NCBI GenBank assembly: GCA_048941625.1
Contig: JBHLNK010000004.1
Coordinates: 1,094-65,093 of the forward strand
DNA length: 64,000 nucleotides
Reading direction: 5' to 3'
Source of the DNA: Promethearchaeota archaeon
GTDB taxonomy: Archaea > Asgardarchaeota > Lokiarchaeia > Sigyniarchaeales > SOKP01
Shown here: piece by piece, positions 56,586 to 64,000 of the stretch
Layout of the letters: each line of letters starts with the position of its first letter
Numbering within the stretch: the stretch's first letter is position 1
Translations under genes and position numbers: made by a program
Notes under the pieces: generated by a model
The model's input: only the letters and a program-made list of their open reading frames with translations
What the model was told of the DNA's origin: nothing
Database searches by the model: none

Positions 56586-57755
56586 TTGATAATGCTAAAC
56601 CAAACTTTAGAATTAAAAGAATTCCAATTTTTATTTTATTTAATCCCTGTGACTATCGGTATTGAATTAGTTATATTTTTTTATTATCAATATTTTAAAA
56701 TTAGAGATATTAAATTACAACTGAATAGAGTATTGTTAGCATTCGGGACATTCATTTTATTTATAGTACTGGGGCCATTATGGATTCAAATATCGAGAAA
56801 TTTTCTCCTTCAAGGGTCTTTCTTATATGAGATAATTTCTCGAATAGGTTGGGCATTTGCTTTTTCATCTACAATAGGATTCTCACTATTTATAATAAAA
56901 AAGGATTTTTCACAAATTGTCAACATAAATGTAGTTAAAATCCTTATAATTTTAAATTTTATCCCTCTTATTGTATTACTGTTTACGCCTTCTACAAGAG
57001 CTCCAATCTTCCTGATTAGTATTATATTTGTAGTTTTAAATGGTATAAATGTAATAAGATTTCAGATAATATTAATAAGAAAATCATTTGGAAAAATTAG
57101 AAAGAAGTTTCTCCTATTTCTAGTGGGAGCATTTGTAAGTTTTCCTGCTTTAGGGTTTGCTATTTTAGTAGGTATTGGAGTTTTACCTCAAATTATAAAT
57201 GAAATAGTATATTTCACAGGTGTTGCTTTTCTGTTAATTGGATTCCTAATTATTTCTTTTTCAGTTTACGAATTTCCTCCATTCTATGAATTTGAATGGA
57301 GAGAAAATTTGCTAAAATTGTTTATTATAAACGAAAAAACTCAAGAATCTATCTATTATTATGATTTTAATGGGGGATTCGAAGATGAAATAAAAAACTT
57401 AGAAAATGATTATGATTTATCTCAGACTGATAGGATCAAACTCCACTCAGGTGGAATTCTTGGTATAGAGAATATTATTACTACACTTACTAATACTAAA
57501 AATGATAAAATTAATAGAATAGAGCAAAAAGATTCAGTCATTCTGCTAACCTATAGTTCAATAGTACCGTATATAACCTATGCGTTGATGATAAAAAAAG
57601 ATTTATTAAGTTCAGAGCATCTTCTTGATTCTATTAAACATCAATTTGAAGTATTTTATCGTGAAATTTTGTTAAATCTAGATAATTTAAAAGGAAATCA
57701 AGAATTATTATTTGGAAGTTTTGATGTAATATTACGTAGTATATTAACCCAATAA
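56586..57755 (+). CDS. polytopic membrane protein with a C-terminal cytoplasmic longin/roadblock-like domain
   Basis: About 7 transmembrane helices, then EFEWRENLLKLFIINEKTQESIYYYDF...SGGILGIENIITTL...VILLTYSSIVPYITYALMIKK...HQFEVFYREIL. Confidence 0.5.
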   Translation: MIMLNQTLELKEFQFLFYLIPVTIGIELVIFFYYQYFKIRDIKLQLNRVLLAFGTFILFIVLGPLWIQISRNFLLQGSFLYEIISRIGWAFAFSSTIGFSLFIIKKDFSQIVNINVVKILIILNFIPLIVLLFTPSTRAPIFLISIIFVVLNGINVIRFQIILIRKSFGKIRKKFLLFLVGAFVSFPALGFAILVGIGVLPQIINEIVYFTGVAFLLIGFLIISFSVYEFPPFYEFEWRENLLKLFIINEKTQESIYYYDFNGGFEDEIKNLENDYDLSQTDRIKLHSGGILGIENIITTLTNTKNDKINRIEQKDSVILLTYSSIVPYITYALMIKKDLLSSEHLLDSIKHQFEVFYREILLNLDNLKGNQELLFGSFDVILRSILTQ

Positions 57756-58853
57756 ATGATGATGATAATGATATTCGTAGATTATCCACTAATTGGCGAA
57801 TTTAGATTTATTACAATGATATTTGAATGGATTTTTGCTATAATATGTTTAGAATTTGGGTTATTATTCTTATTTCGTCATAAGAAGGAACAATATAGAC
57901 TCAAGTATTCTCAAGATTTTGGGTATATTATTTTGTTTTTTGGTCTTTCATTGAAAAGTATTCTTTCAGTTTTAGGTTCCTATTTTTCACGTAACATTCC
58001 AACAATACAACTGCTCCATTTTTTCAGTCTAATCCCACTATTTTTCGGTTTTCTTTTATTTATTAGCGTTAAAGAGAAACAACGTAAATATATGGTAAGG
58101 AAATATTTTCTTACAATCTGTTTGTCTATTATTTCAATAATCTTTCTATTTTTATTCATTCTAGCTAATCAATTAGTGGTTTTTGATTTAATTATTTTTC
58201 TTTCTTTTGTTTTCATATTCTTTCTATTATTTTATCTTGATTTTATAAAAAAATCACAAATTAACATAAGCTTAACAATAAAGATTCTGACAACTTTAGT
58301 TCCATTTTCCTTTTTGTTGATAGGATTATTCTTTACATCAAACTATACATTGGATTTATCATTATTTCCCTTCAGATTAATCGGTTCTTTGTTTCAATTA
58401 GTTGGAATTGTTTTTTTTACTATTTTTTTTTTAAGATTTCCAATTCTTACAGAATTTGATTGGAAGGATAAAATTGAGGAGGTCTTATTAATCAATAAAG
58501 ATGGAGCATGCTTATTCTATAGATCATTTATCCAGAAGGCAGATATTTATGATGAAAACCTGATATCTGGCGCTATCTCCTTAATTAATATAATGCTTAA
58601 AGAAATAATGAAATCTGAATCTGAAGATGTCTCAGTGATCAAAAAAAAAGATAAGGTAACGTATATCTTCCCCAGTGATCTACTGACAGGAGTGATTTTT
58701 TCAAACGAAGAATCCAAAATGGCTGAATTTTATTTGAAACAATTAGTTGTGAAAATTGAGACAGTATATAAAAATATTTTATTAAATTGGGATGGAGATC
58801 TAGGGATTTTTGATCCAATTGATAACATTTTTCAAGAAATTTTCTCTGAATAG
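57756..58853 (+). CDS. polytopic membrane protein with a C-terminal longin/roadblock-like domain (tandem paralogue)
   Basis: About 7 transmembrane helices, then EFDWKDKIEEVLLINKDGACLFYRSF...LISGAISLINIMLKEI...KVTYIFPSDLLTGVIFS...LKQLVVKIETVY. It starts immediately after the stop of the upstream paralogue. Confidence 0.5.
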   Translation: MMMIMIFVDYPLIGEFRFITMIFEWIFAIICLEFGLLFLFRHKKEQYRLKYSQDFGYIILFFGLSLKSILSVLGSYFSRNIPTIQLLHFFSLIPLFFGFLLFISVKEKQRKYMVRKYFLTICLSIISIIFLFLFILANQLVVFDLIIFLSFVFIFFLLFYLDFIKKSQINISLTIKILTTLVPFSFLLIGLFFTSNYTLDLSLFPFRLIGSLFQLVGIVFFTIFFLRFPILTEFDWKDKIEEVLLINKDGACLFYRSFIQKADIYDENLISGAISLINIMLKEIMKSESEDVSVIKKKDKVTYIFPSDLLTGVIFSNEESKMAEFYLKQLVVKIETVYKNILLNWDGDLGIFDPIDNIFQEIFSE

Positions 58854-59025
58854 TATCAAAAACGACGTTCTACAAAAAAGTAAAAAGGAAAACTGGTTTT
58901 ACTAATTTTCAATTCGTTATCTTATTCAAATTTAAGGAAATATATTTATGTTGATACATTCAAAATCATATATATAATAATTTTAAAATAAGTATTTAAA
59001 TAAGAAATGGAGAGAGAATAAAAAA

Positions 59026-60465
59026 TTGATTGGAATAAAATCATATGGTGCTTATTTGCCAAAATATCTTTTACCTAGAGAATCTATAGGTAAAGCATGG
59101 GATTTCCCAATTGTCCCTGGAACAAAATCAGTGGCTATGACTGATGAGGACAGTCTTACAATGTCAGTAGAAGCCGGTTTAGATTGTTTAATGGGATTTG
59201 ATCCAAAAACAGTAGATGGATTATTTTTCGCTTCGACAACACAAGTATATACAGAAAAGGATTCTGCATCTTTAATCGCTACTGTTTTAGATATGAGAGA
59301 AGATATTATTACTGCGGACTTCACAGACTCTTTAAAGGCAGGAACGACTGCAGTAGCACGAGCAATTGATGCAATTAAAGCAAATAAAGATATCGAAAAC
59401 ATTCTTGTTGTAGCAGCAGATACCAGAGTTCCTGAACCAGCAACAATGTGGGAATATGGGTTTGCAGATGGAGCAGCAGCTTTACTAATAGCAGAAGGAG
59501 ATAACCTACCATTAATAATAGATGATTATTATTCTGTTTCTGCTAATGTTACCGGACCATGGAGAAGAGCAGAAAAAGACAGATTTATCAGAACTTTCGA
59601 AGGAAAGATGGACGCAAAATTCTATTTTGAAAATCTTACGAAAGTAATGGCTGAAGTTTTAAAAAGAAATAATTTAAAACCAGAAGATATCAGTGCTGCA
59701 GCATATTATTATAATAATCCTAGATTACATGGTAGAATTTCAAAGATAATGAAATTTGCTGGAGGAGTAGCCCAAAATAGTGTATTCTTTCAACTTGGTG
59801 ATTTAGGAACCCCAATGCCATTTATTCTTTTAATTGGTGCTTTAAGACGACCGAAACCTGATGCAAAAATAATTATGGCTGGTTTTGGTGATGGAGCAGA
59901 TGCTATTTTAATGCATGTAAATAATAGAGATGTTTTAAGAGATCTTGGTAAAACTCGAATGGGTTTTCTAGGGCATCAAAAATCTATGGAGACTTTAAAA
60001 AATTATAATAAGTTTCTTGATTTTAAGGAATTGCTTGAAAAAGATAGATACACCAGAAAAAGTTCTCCAGTTTTAATATGGCGAGATACAGCATCTGTAT
60101 ATAAGTGGTATGGTGTGAAATGTAAAAATTGTGGAGCCATACAATATCCTGATATGCTTCGTTCTTGTTATATATGCCGTGCAGACGATCAATTCGAAAA
60201 AGTAAAGTTAGGGCTAAAAGGTACAATTTTTACTTATACTTTAGATCACTTAGTCGGAGGTACTTATCTTGATATTCCAGTACCTCGGTGTGTAATTGAT
60301 TTAGATGGTGGTGGAAGGGTTCTATTAAACATGACAGAAATTAATAAACCTGAAGAAAATGTTCAAATTGGAATGAGAGTGGAATTAACTTTTAGGAAAG
60401 AACATGAAGGAGCTGATTTTAAAAATTATTATTGGAAATGTCGTCCCGAAAGGGGGAGACCATAA
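59026..60465 (+). CDS. HMG-CoA-synthase-like thiolase-fold protein fused to a C-terminal DUF35 (zinc ribbon + OB fold). The canonical catalytic Glu and Cys appear substituted.
   Basis: IGIKSYGAYLPKY, TDEDSLTMSVEA and VVAADT...ADGAAALLI are colinear with archaeal HMGCS. However FASTTQ replaces GSES and DSLKAGT replaces ACKAGT. The C-terminus carries CKNCG...CYIC plus an OB-like segment. Confidence 0.6.
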   Translation: MIGIKSYGAYLPKYLLPRESIGKAWDFPIVPGTKSVAMTDEDSLTMSVEAGLDCLMGFDPKTVDGLFFASTTQVYTEKDSASLIATVLDMREDIITADFTDSLKAGTTAVARAIDAIKANKDIENILVVAADTRVPEPATMWEYGFADGAAALLIAEGDNLPLIIDDYYSVSANVTGPWRRAEKDRFIRTFEGKMDAKFYFENLTKVMAEVLKRNNLKPEDISAAAYYYNNPRLHGRISKIMKFAGGVAQNSVFFQLGDLGTPMPFILLIGALRRPKPDAKIIMAGFGDGADAILMHVNNRDVLRDLGKTRMGFLGHQKSMETLKNYNKFLDFKELLEKDRYTRKSSPVLIWRDTASVYKWYGVKCKNCGAIQYPDMLRSCYICRADDQFEKVKLGLKGTIFTYTLDHLVGGTYLDIPVPRCVIDLDGGGRVLLNMTEINKPEENVQIGMRVELTFRKEHEGADFKNYYWKCRPERGRP

Positions 60466-60480
60466 AGGAGGTAATGAAAA

Positions 60481-61668
60481 ATGGCAAGAAAAGGGATAAA
60501 AGATAAAGTTGCTATAATTGGTTGTGATATGACAAAATATGGCGAATTATGGGACAAAAATCAATATGATCTCCTGTTTGAGGCGTTTCATGGCGCATTA
60601 AAAGATACTGGAATTAAAAAAGATGAAATAGATGCCAGTTGGGTTGGAATCTTCTATTATTTTACAGGGCTTTCTGGAGCTATGGTGGAAGACATTCTTA
60701 GATTAGATGGAAAGCCATCAACCAGAGTTGAAAACTATTGTGCTAGTGGGATGGATGCATTTAGGAACGCATCATTTGCTATAGCTTCTGGTGCATATGA
60801 TGTTGCACTGGCCTGTGGAGTGGAAAAGTTAATGGATGAAGGTGGTAGTGGACTTCCTGGGTTTAAAATCTTTGGACATCCTTTATATCCAACTCCTTCT
60901 GCACCTGCAATGTTTTCTATGGCAGCCACTAGAAGTTTTCACGAATATGGATGGACAAAAGAGGATTTAGCTCGTGTTGCAGTAAAAAATCATGATAATG
61001 GAGCTGAACACCCTAAAGCACATTTTCGAAGTAGAATTAGTCTTGATCAGGCAATGAAAGCTCCGATGATTGCTGATCCACTCGGCAGATTTGATTGTTG
61101 TGCCATGAGTGATGGAGCTGCTGCTCTTATTTTAACAAGACCAGAATTAGCTGAAAGTTATGCTCATGCAGATGATTATATTTTAGTTAAAGCTAATGCT
61201 ATTTCATGTCAAACCAATTTCCCTTGGTATGTTCCACAAGGAGGTCCTGGAGCTGAATTTACTCATTTTCCTGCAACGGAAAAAGCTGGACAATTTGCTT
61301 ATAAAGAAGCTGGAATTACTGATCCTCGAAAGGAAATTGATTGTGCAGAAGTGCATGATTGTTTTACTATCACTGAGCTTTTAAACTGTCAAGATTTACA
61401 ATTTTGCGAAAGAGGAACTGCTGCTGAAGAATTAAAAAATGGAACGTTCAATTGGGATGGTGATATAGCCGTAAATCCATCTGGAGGATTGAAGAGTTTT
61501 GGTCATCCAATAGGAAGTACAGGATGTCGAATGCTAACAGAAATAACAAAGCAACTCCAAGGGAGAGCTGAAGGAAGGCAAGTTCCTGATGCAAAAGTTG
61601 GATTGTGTCATAATTTAGGTGGAGCCTTTACAGTCTGCTCTGTAACAATACTAGGTCAAAGAGATTAA
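60481..61668 (+). CDS. thiolase (acetyl-CoA acetyltransferase, SCP-x/archaeal type)
   Basis: ENYCASGMDAF (nucleophilic Cys), GHPIGSTG and CHNLGG. Confidence 0.85.
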   Translation: MARKGIKDKVAIIGCDMTKYGELWDKNQYDLLFEAFHGALKDTGIKKDEIDASWVGIFYYFTGLSGAMVEDILRLDGKPSTRVENYCASGMDAFRNASFAIASGAYDVALACGVEKLMDEGGSGLPGFKIFGHPLYPTPSAPAMFSMAATRSFHEYGWTKEDLARVAVKNHDNGAEHPKAHFRSRISLDQAMKAPMIADPLGRFDCCAMSDGAAALILTRPELAESYAHADDYILVKANAISCQTNFPWYVPQGGPGAEFTHFPATEKAGQFAYKEAGITDPRKEIDCAEVHDCFTITELLNCQDLQFCERGTAAEELKNGTFNWDGDIAVNPSGGLKSFGHPIGSTGCRMLTEITKQLQGRAEGRQVPDAKVGLCHNLGGAFTVCSVTILGQRD

Positions 61669-61746
61669 TTATAATAAATCTTTTTTAATTTTTTTTACTT
61701 GTATATTTATTAAATTGTATGAATGTGAAATTAGAGGATGATCTAA

Positions 61747-63396
61747 ATCTCAAAAAATGAACAATACCATTGGGTTGATAAATTAACCAACGATCTAATC
61801 GAAAATTGGCAAGGTGTAGAAGATTTCAATTGCAATTGTGGAATTTCTGTATCTGGTCAAATACATGCTGGTAATGTGAGAGGAGAAATAGTTCTTACTA
61901 ATGCAGTTGTAAATGAGCTCAAGAATAAGGGATATAATGCAAAACACACCTTAATTCTTTATACTTCAGATCGATTTAAAGGAAAACCGGGTCAATTGAA
62001 TCTGTTTTCAGATCCAAAGAAAGCGGAACAATTTATCAATTGGCGATATATTGATATTCCTTCTCCTCATAATAACAATGAAACTTGGGTGGATTTTCAT
62101 TTGAATAATCTTGCCGTATGGATGCCAAAATTTAGTCATGATATTCAGATCGTCCAAACTCATGAGTTATACTTACAGGAAAGGATGCAAAAAGTTGTAA
62201 TAGAGTTAATTAATAAAAAAGATGAAATTCGAGATATATTAAATAAATATCGTAAAGAAAATCCTTTTCCTAAAAATTGGATTCCCATTGATCCTCGTTG
62301 TGAACAATGTAATCGAATAGCTACCACAAAAGCATTAGCAGTTAATCTGGATACATATAAAGTTAAATATATATGTGATGAATGTAAAAGTGAAGGATGG
62401 GCAGATATTAGTAAAGGGAAACTTACTTGGAGACTCGAATGGTTAGCAATTTGGTATGTCCTGAATGTACACTTTGAACCATATGGGAAGGATCATGCGA
62501 CTCCTGGAGGTTCTCGAGATAGTTGTCTTGAAATTATAGAATCTGTTTTAAATCATAGAGGACCATATGGATTCTGGAATGAATGGGTTGGATATTCTGA
62601 AGGTCAGAAAGATTTTGGAGATATGTCCGGTTCAGGTTTCATCGGATTTAGACCAACTGAGTGGCTAAGATATGCTGAACCAGAAGTTCTGAAATATCTT
62701 TATCTTAAAACCCCACCAAAAAGAAGAATTATTCTTGGTTTAGATAAAATTCCAAATTATATAGGTGATTATGACAGAGCTGAGCGAATTTATTATGGAA
62801 TAGAAGAATTTGGAGATTCAACTGAACTTCATACAATTCAAAGGAGTTATGAAATTACTCACTATAATGTTATTCCAAATTATAGAGGTTTCCAAATGGA
62901 TTATCATCATGCTATCATTCTTTCTCAGTTAGTATCTCCTGATCAAGCAGGAACTAAACAAGCTATTCAAAGATTACAAATAACAGAAATCTTAAAAGAG
63001 AAACTAACAAAAGAGATTACTGATCATATTCAAGAACGTTTAAACTTAGCACGGAATTGGGTAAATTCAAAATACGCTCCAGATCATTTGAGAATTGAGT
63101 TAAAAGATGAAACCTCATCAGAAATAAAGGATATATACAGTGAAAGAGTCTTTAATATCGTATTTGACCTTGGAAGGAATCTTGAGAAAATAAAATGGAC
63201 AGAAGAAAAAATCAAAGAAAAAATGATAGAGTTAAGAAGAGAAACTGGTATGTCTCGCAAAGAAATGAATGAATTCTTCCAGGTTCTTTATCAAATTTTT
63301 CTAGGAAATACAAAAGGACCTCGATTTGCCCCATTTATAGCGTCTTTAGATAAGAATTGGGTAATAAAAAAACTCCAAGATATTAAAAAACTTTAA
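61747..63396 (+). CDS. lysK: class I lysyl-tRNA synthetase; the start is unresolved
   Basis: HWVDKL...GISVSGQIHAGNVRGE (HIGH-type motif) lies in frame upstream of the GTG picked by the ORF track. FGDMSGSG is the KMSKS-type motif. There is no canonical start in frame after the TAA at 61744, and the ATG at 61757 is one frame off. Confidence 0.8.
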   Translation: MSKNEQYHWVDKLTNDLIENWQGVEDFNCNCGISVSGQIHAGNVRGEIVLTNAVVNELKNKGYNAKHTLILYTSDRFKGKPGQLNLFSDPKKAEQFINWRYIDIPSPHNNNETWVDFHLNNLAVWMPKFSHDIQIVQTHELYLQERMQKVVIELINKKDEIRDILNKYRKENPFPKNWIPIDPRCEQCNRIATTKALAVNLDTYKVKYICDECKSEGWADISKGKLTWRLEWLAIWYVLNVHFEPYGKDHATPGGSRDSCLEIIESVLNHRGPYGFWNEWVGYSEGQKDFGDMSGSGFIGFRPTEWLRYAEPEVLKYLYLKTPPKRRIILGLDKIPNYIGDYDRAERIYYGIEEFGDSTELHTIQRSYEITHYNVIPNYRGFQMDYHHAIILSQLVSPDQAGTKQAIQRLQITEILKEKLTKEITDHIQERLNLARNWVNSKYAPDHLRIELKDETSSEIKDIYSERVFNIVFDLGRNLEKIKWTEEKIKEKMIELRRETGMSRKEMNEFFQVLYQIFLGNTKGPRFAPFIASLDKNWVIKKLQDIKKL

Positions 63397-63448
63397 CTAA
63401 ATTTACTGTTTAAAAAAAAAAAAGAATTTTTTTAAATTAAAAAAACCT

Positions 63449-63853
63449 TTAATCAATTCCAAGACGTTTAGTTATCTTTACTAGGATAAAAATAACAAAA
63501 GCGACTATAATAAAGGTTATTAATTCACTAATAAAAAGTGTAGCGTTGAATCCTAATGGATATGATGCTGGATTTGCAGCAACTACTGCTGGATCTAAAA
63601 AACCAATTAACATGAAGAGATTATTCAGAACTGGTGAGATAAATGCAGTTACTAGGGCAGTGACAAGTCGACCAAGATAAATACCCATAATAAACGCAAC
63701 TGCAAGCCCCATTACTTTATAGTTTTTGATAAATCTTTTAAATTCGTCAAGTAAATTTTTAGGTGGAGGTGGAGGTGGTGCTGGACTTAGTAGTTCTCTA
63801 ATTTTTTTTAATTCTTCTAACATAGTAGCTTCTTCGGTCATATTAATAATCAC
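63449..63853 (-). CDS. mscL: large-conductance mechanosensitive channel with an N-terminal helix plus poly-Pro extension
   Basis: EFKRFIKNYKVMGLAVAFIMGIYLGRLVTALVTAFISPVL and FIIVAFVIFILVKITKRL parallel E. coli MscL [21 protein letters not shown]...FLIVAFAIFMAIKLINKL. Confidence 0.65.
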   Translation of the reverse strand: MIINMTEEATMLEELKKIRELLSPAPPPPPPKNLLDEFKRFIKNYKVMGLAVAFIMGIYLGRLVTALVTAFISPVLNNLFMLIGFLDPAVVAANPASYPLGFNATLFISELITFIIVAFVIFILVKITKRLGID

Positions 63854-64000
63854 AATAATTTTTTGATTATTTAAATTCTAAGAAAATAGAAATATTGTAT
63901 GTTATGATTTTTTCATAAATATATAAAGCTTATCTCTATTTTTTGAAAACATATATTTTTCAATCCTTATTTTAAAAAAAACCGGATTATTATACATAAT

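Noticed and set aside
59052-59402. Antisense or alternative-frame ORFs in the right-hand part of the window: 44200-44382, 44696-44881, 45515-45709, 47061-47243, 49234-49524, 59052-59402, 60023-60226, 60735-60929 and 61196-61384.
   Set aside because: They are embedded in longer, motif-supported genes and were judged spurious.
1-64000. A search by eye for rRNA, tRNA, CRISPR arrays, transposases/integrases, toxin-antitoxin pairs or classical defence genes.
   Set aside because: I saw no G+C-rich structured-RNA islands of tRNA or rRNA size, no regularly spaced repeats, and no DDE, tyrosine-recombinase or nuclease/helicase defence signatures. A by-eye scan could miss short or degenerate elements.

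Overview
Strongly AT-rich archaeal chromosomal segment with about 60 protein genes. I found no rRNA, tRNA, CRISPR array or transposase. Gene content points to an Asgard (Lokiarchaeia-like) genome; this is inference from content only, with no search possible. Three themes stand out. (1) A roughly 17.5-kb redox supercluster (22727-40141, + strand) carries four HdrA homologues, three MvhD/VhuD homologues, two HdrC-HdrB fusion proteins and one FrhB-like protein. Its first two genes appear fragmented in the ORF track because they contain six in-frame TGA codons, four in hdrA and two in the mvhD/vhuD homologue. Every one of these aligns to a conserved cysteine of the Cys-containing paralogues in the same window, so I read them as selenocysteine codons. 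By hand-folding I also find an AUGA_AA_GA stem-loop resembling a eukaryotic SECIS, and it overlaps the terminal UGA of the second gene (25126-25184). Multi-Sec HdrA/VhuD and eukaryote-like SECIS elements have, to my knowledge, been reported for Lokiarchaeota, so this is probably a rediscovery. It is still the most unusual thing visible in the sequence. (2) There is a set of eukaryote-signature-like trafficking and signalling parts. These are an MglA-like GTPase with an upstream longin/roadblock-type partner, a Rag/Gtr-like GTPase (HKxD G4 motif plus C-terminal roadblock domain) and an arrestin-like protein. There are also two tandem polytopic membrane proteins with C-terminal longin-like domains, and a roughly 100-aa beta-sandwich-like module that recurs at the C-terminus of three unrelated proteins. 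(3) The rest is ordinary accessory metabolism: a two-component system, a SAMP/ThiS-TusA-E1 sulfur-carrier set, sulfatase, tryptophanase, thiolase, class I LysRS, MscL and others. Three genes show apparent 1-nt indels (one inside a T7 homopolymer, the other two at 2-nt base runs or unplaced), which suggests draft-quality sequence. All calls rest on by-eye motif recognition and manual translation. No alignments, HMM searches or folding energies were computed.
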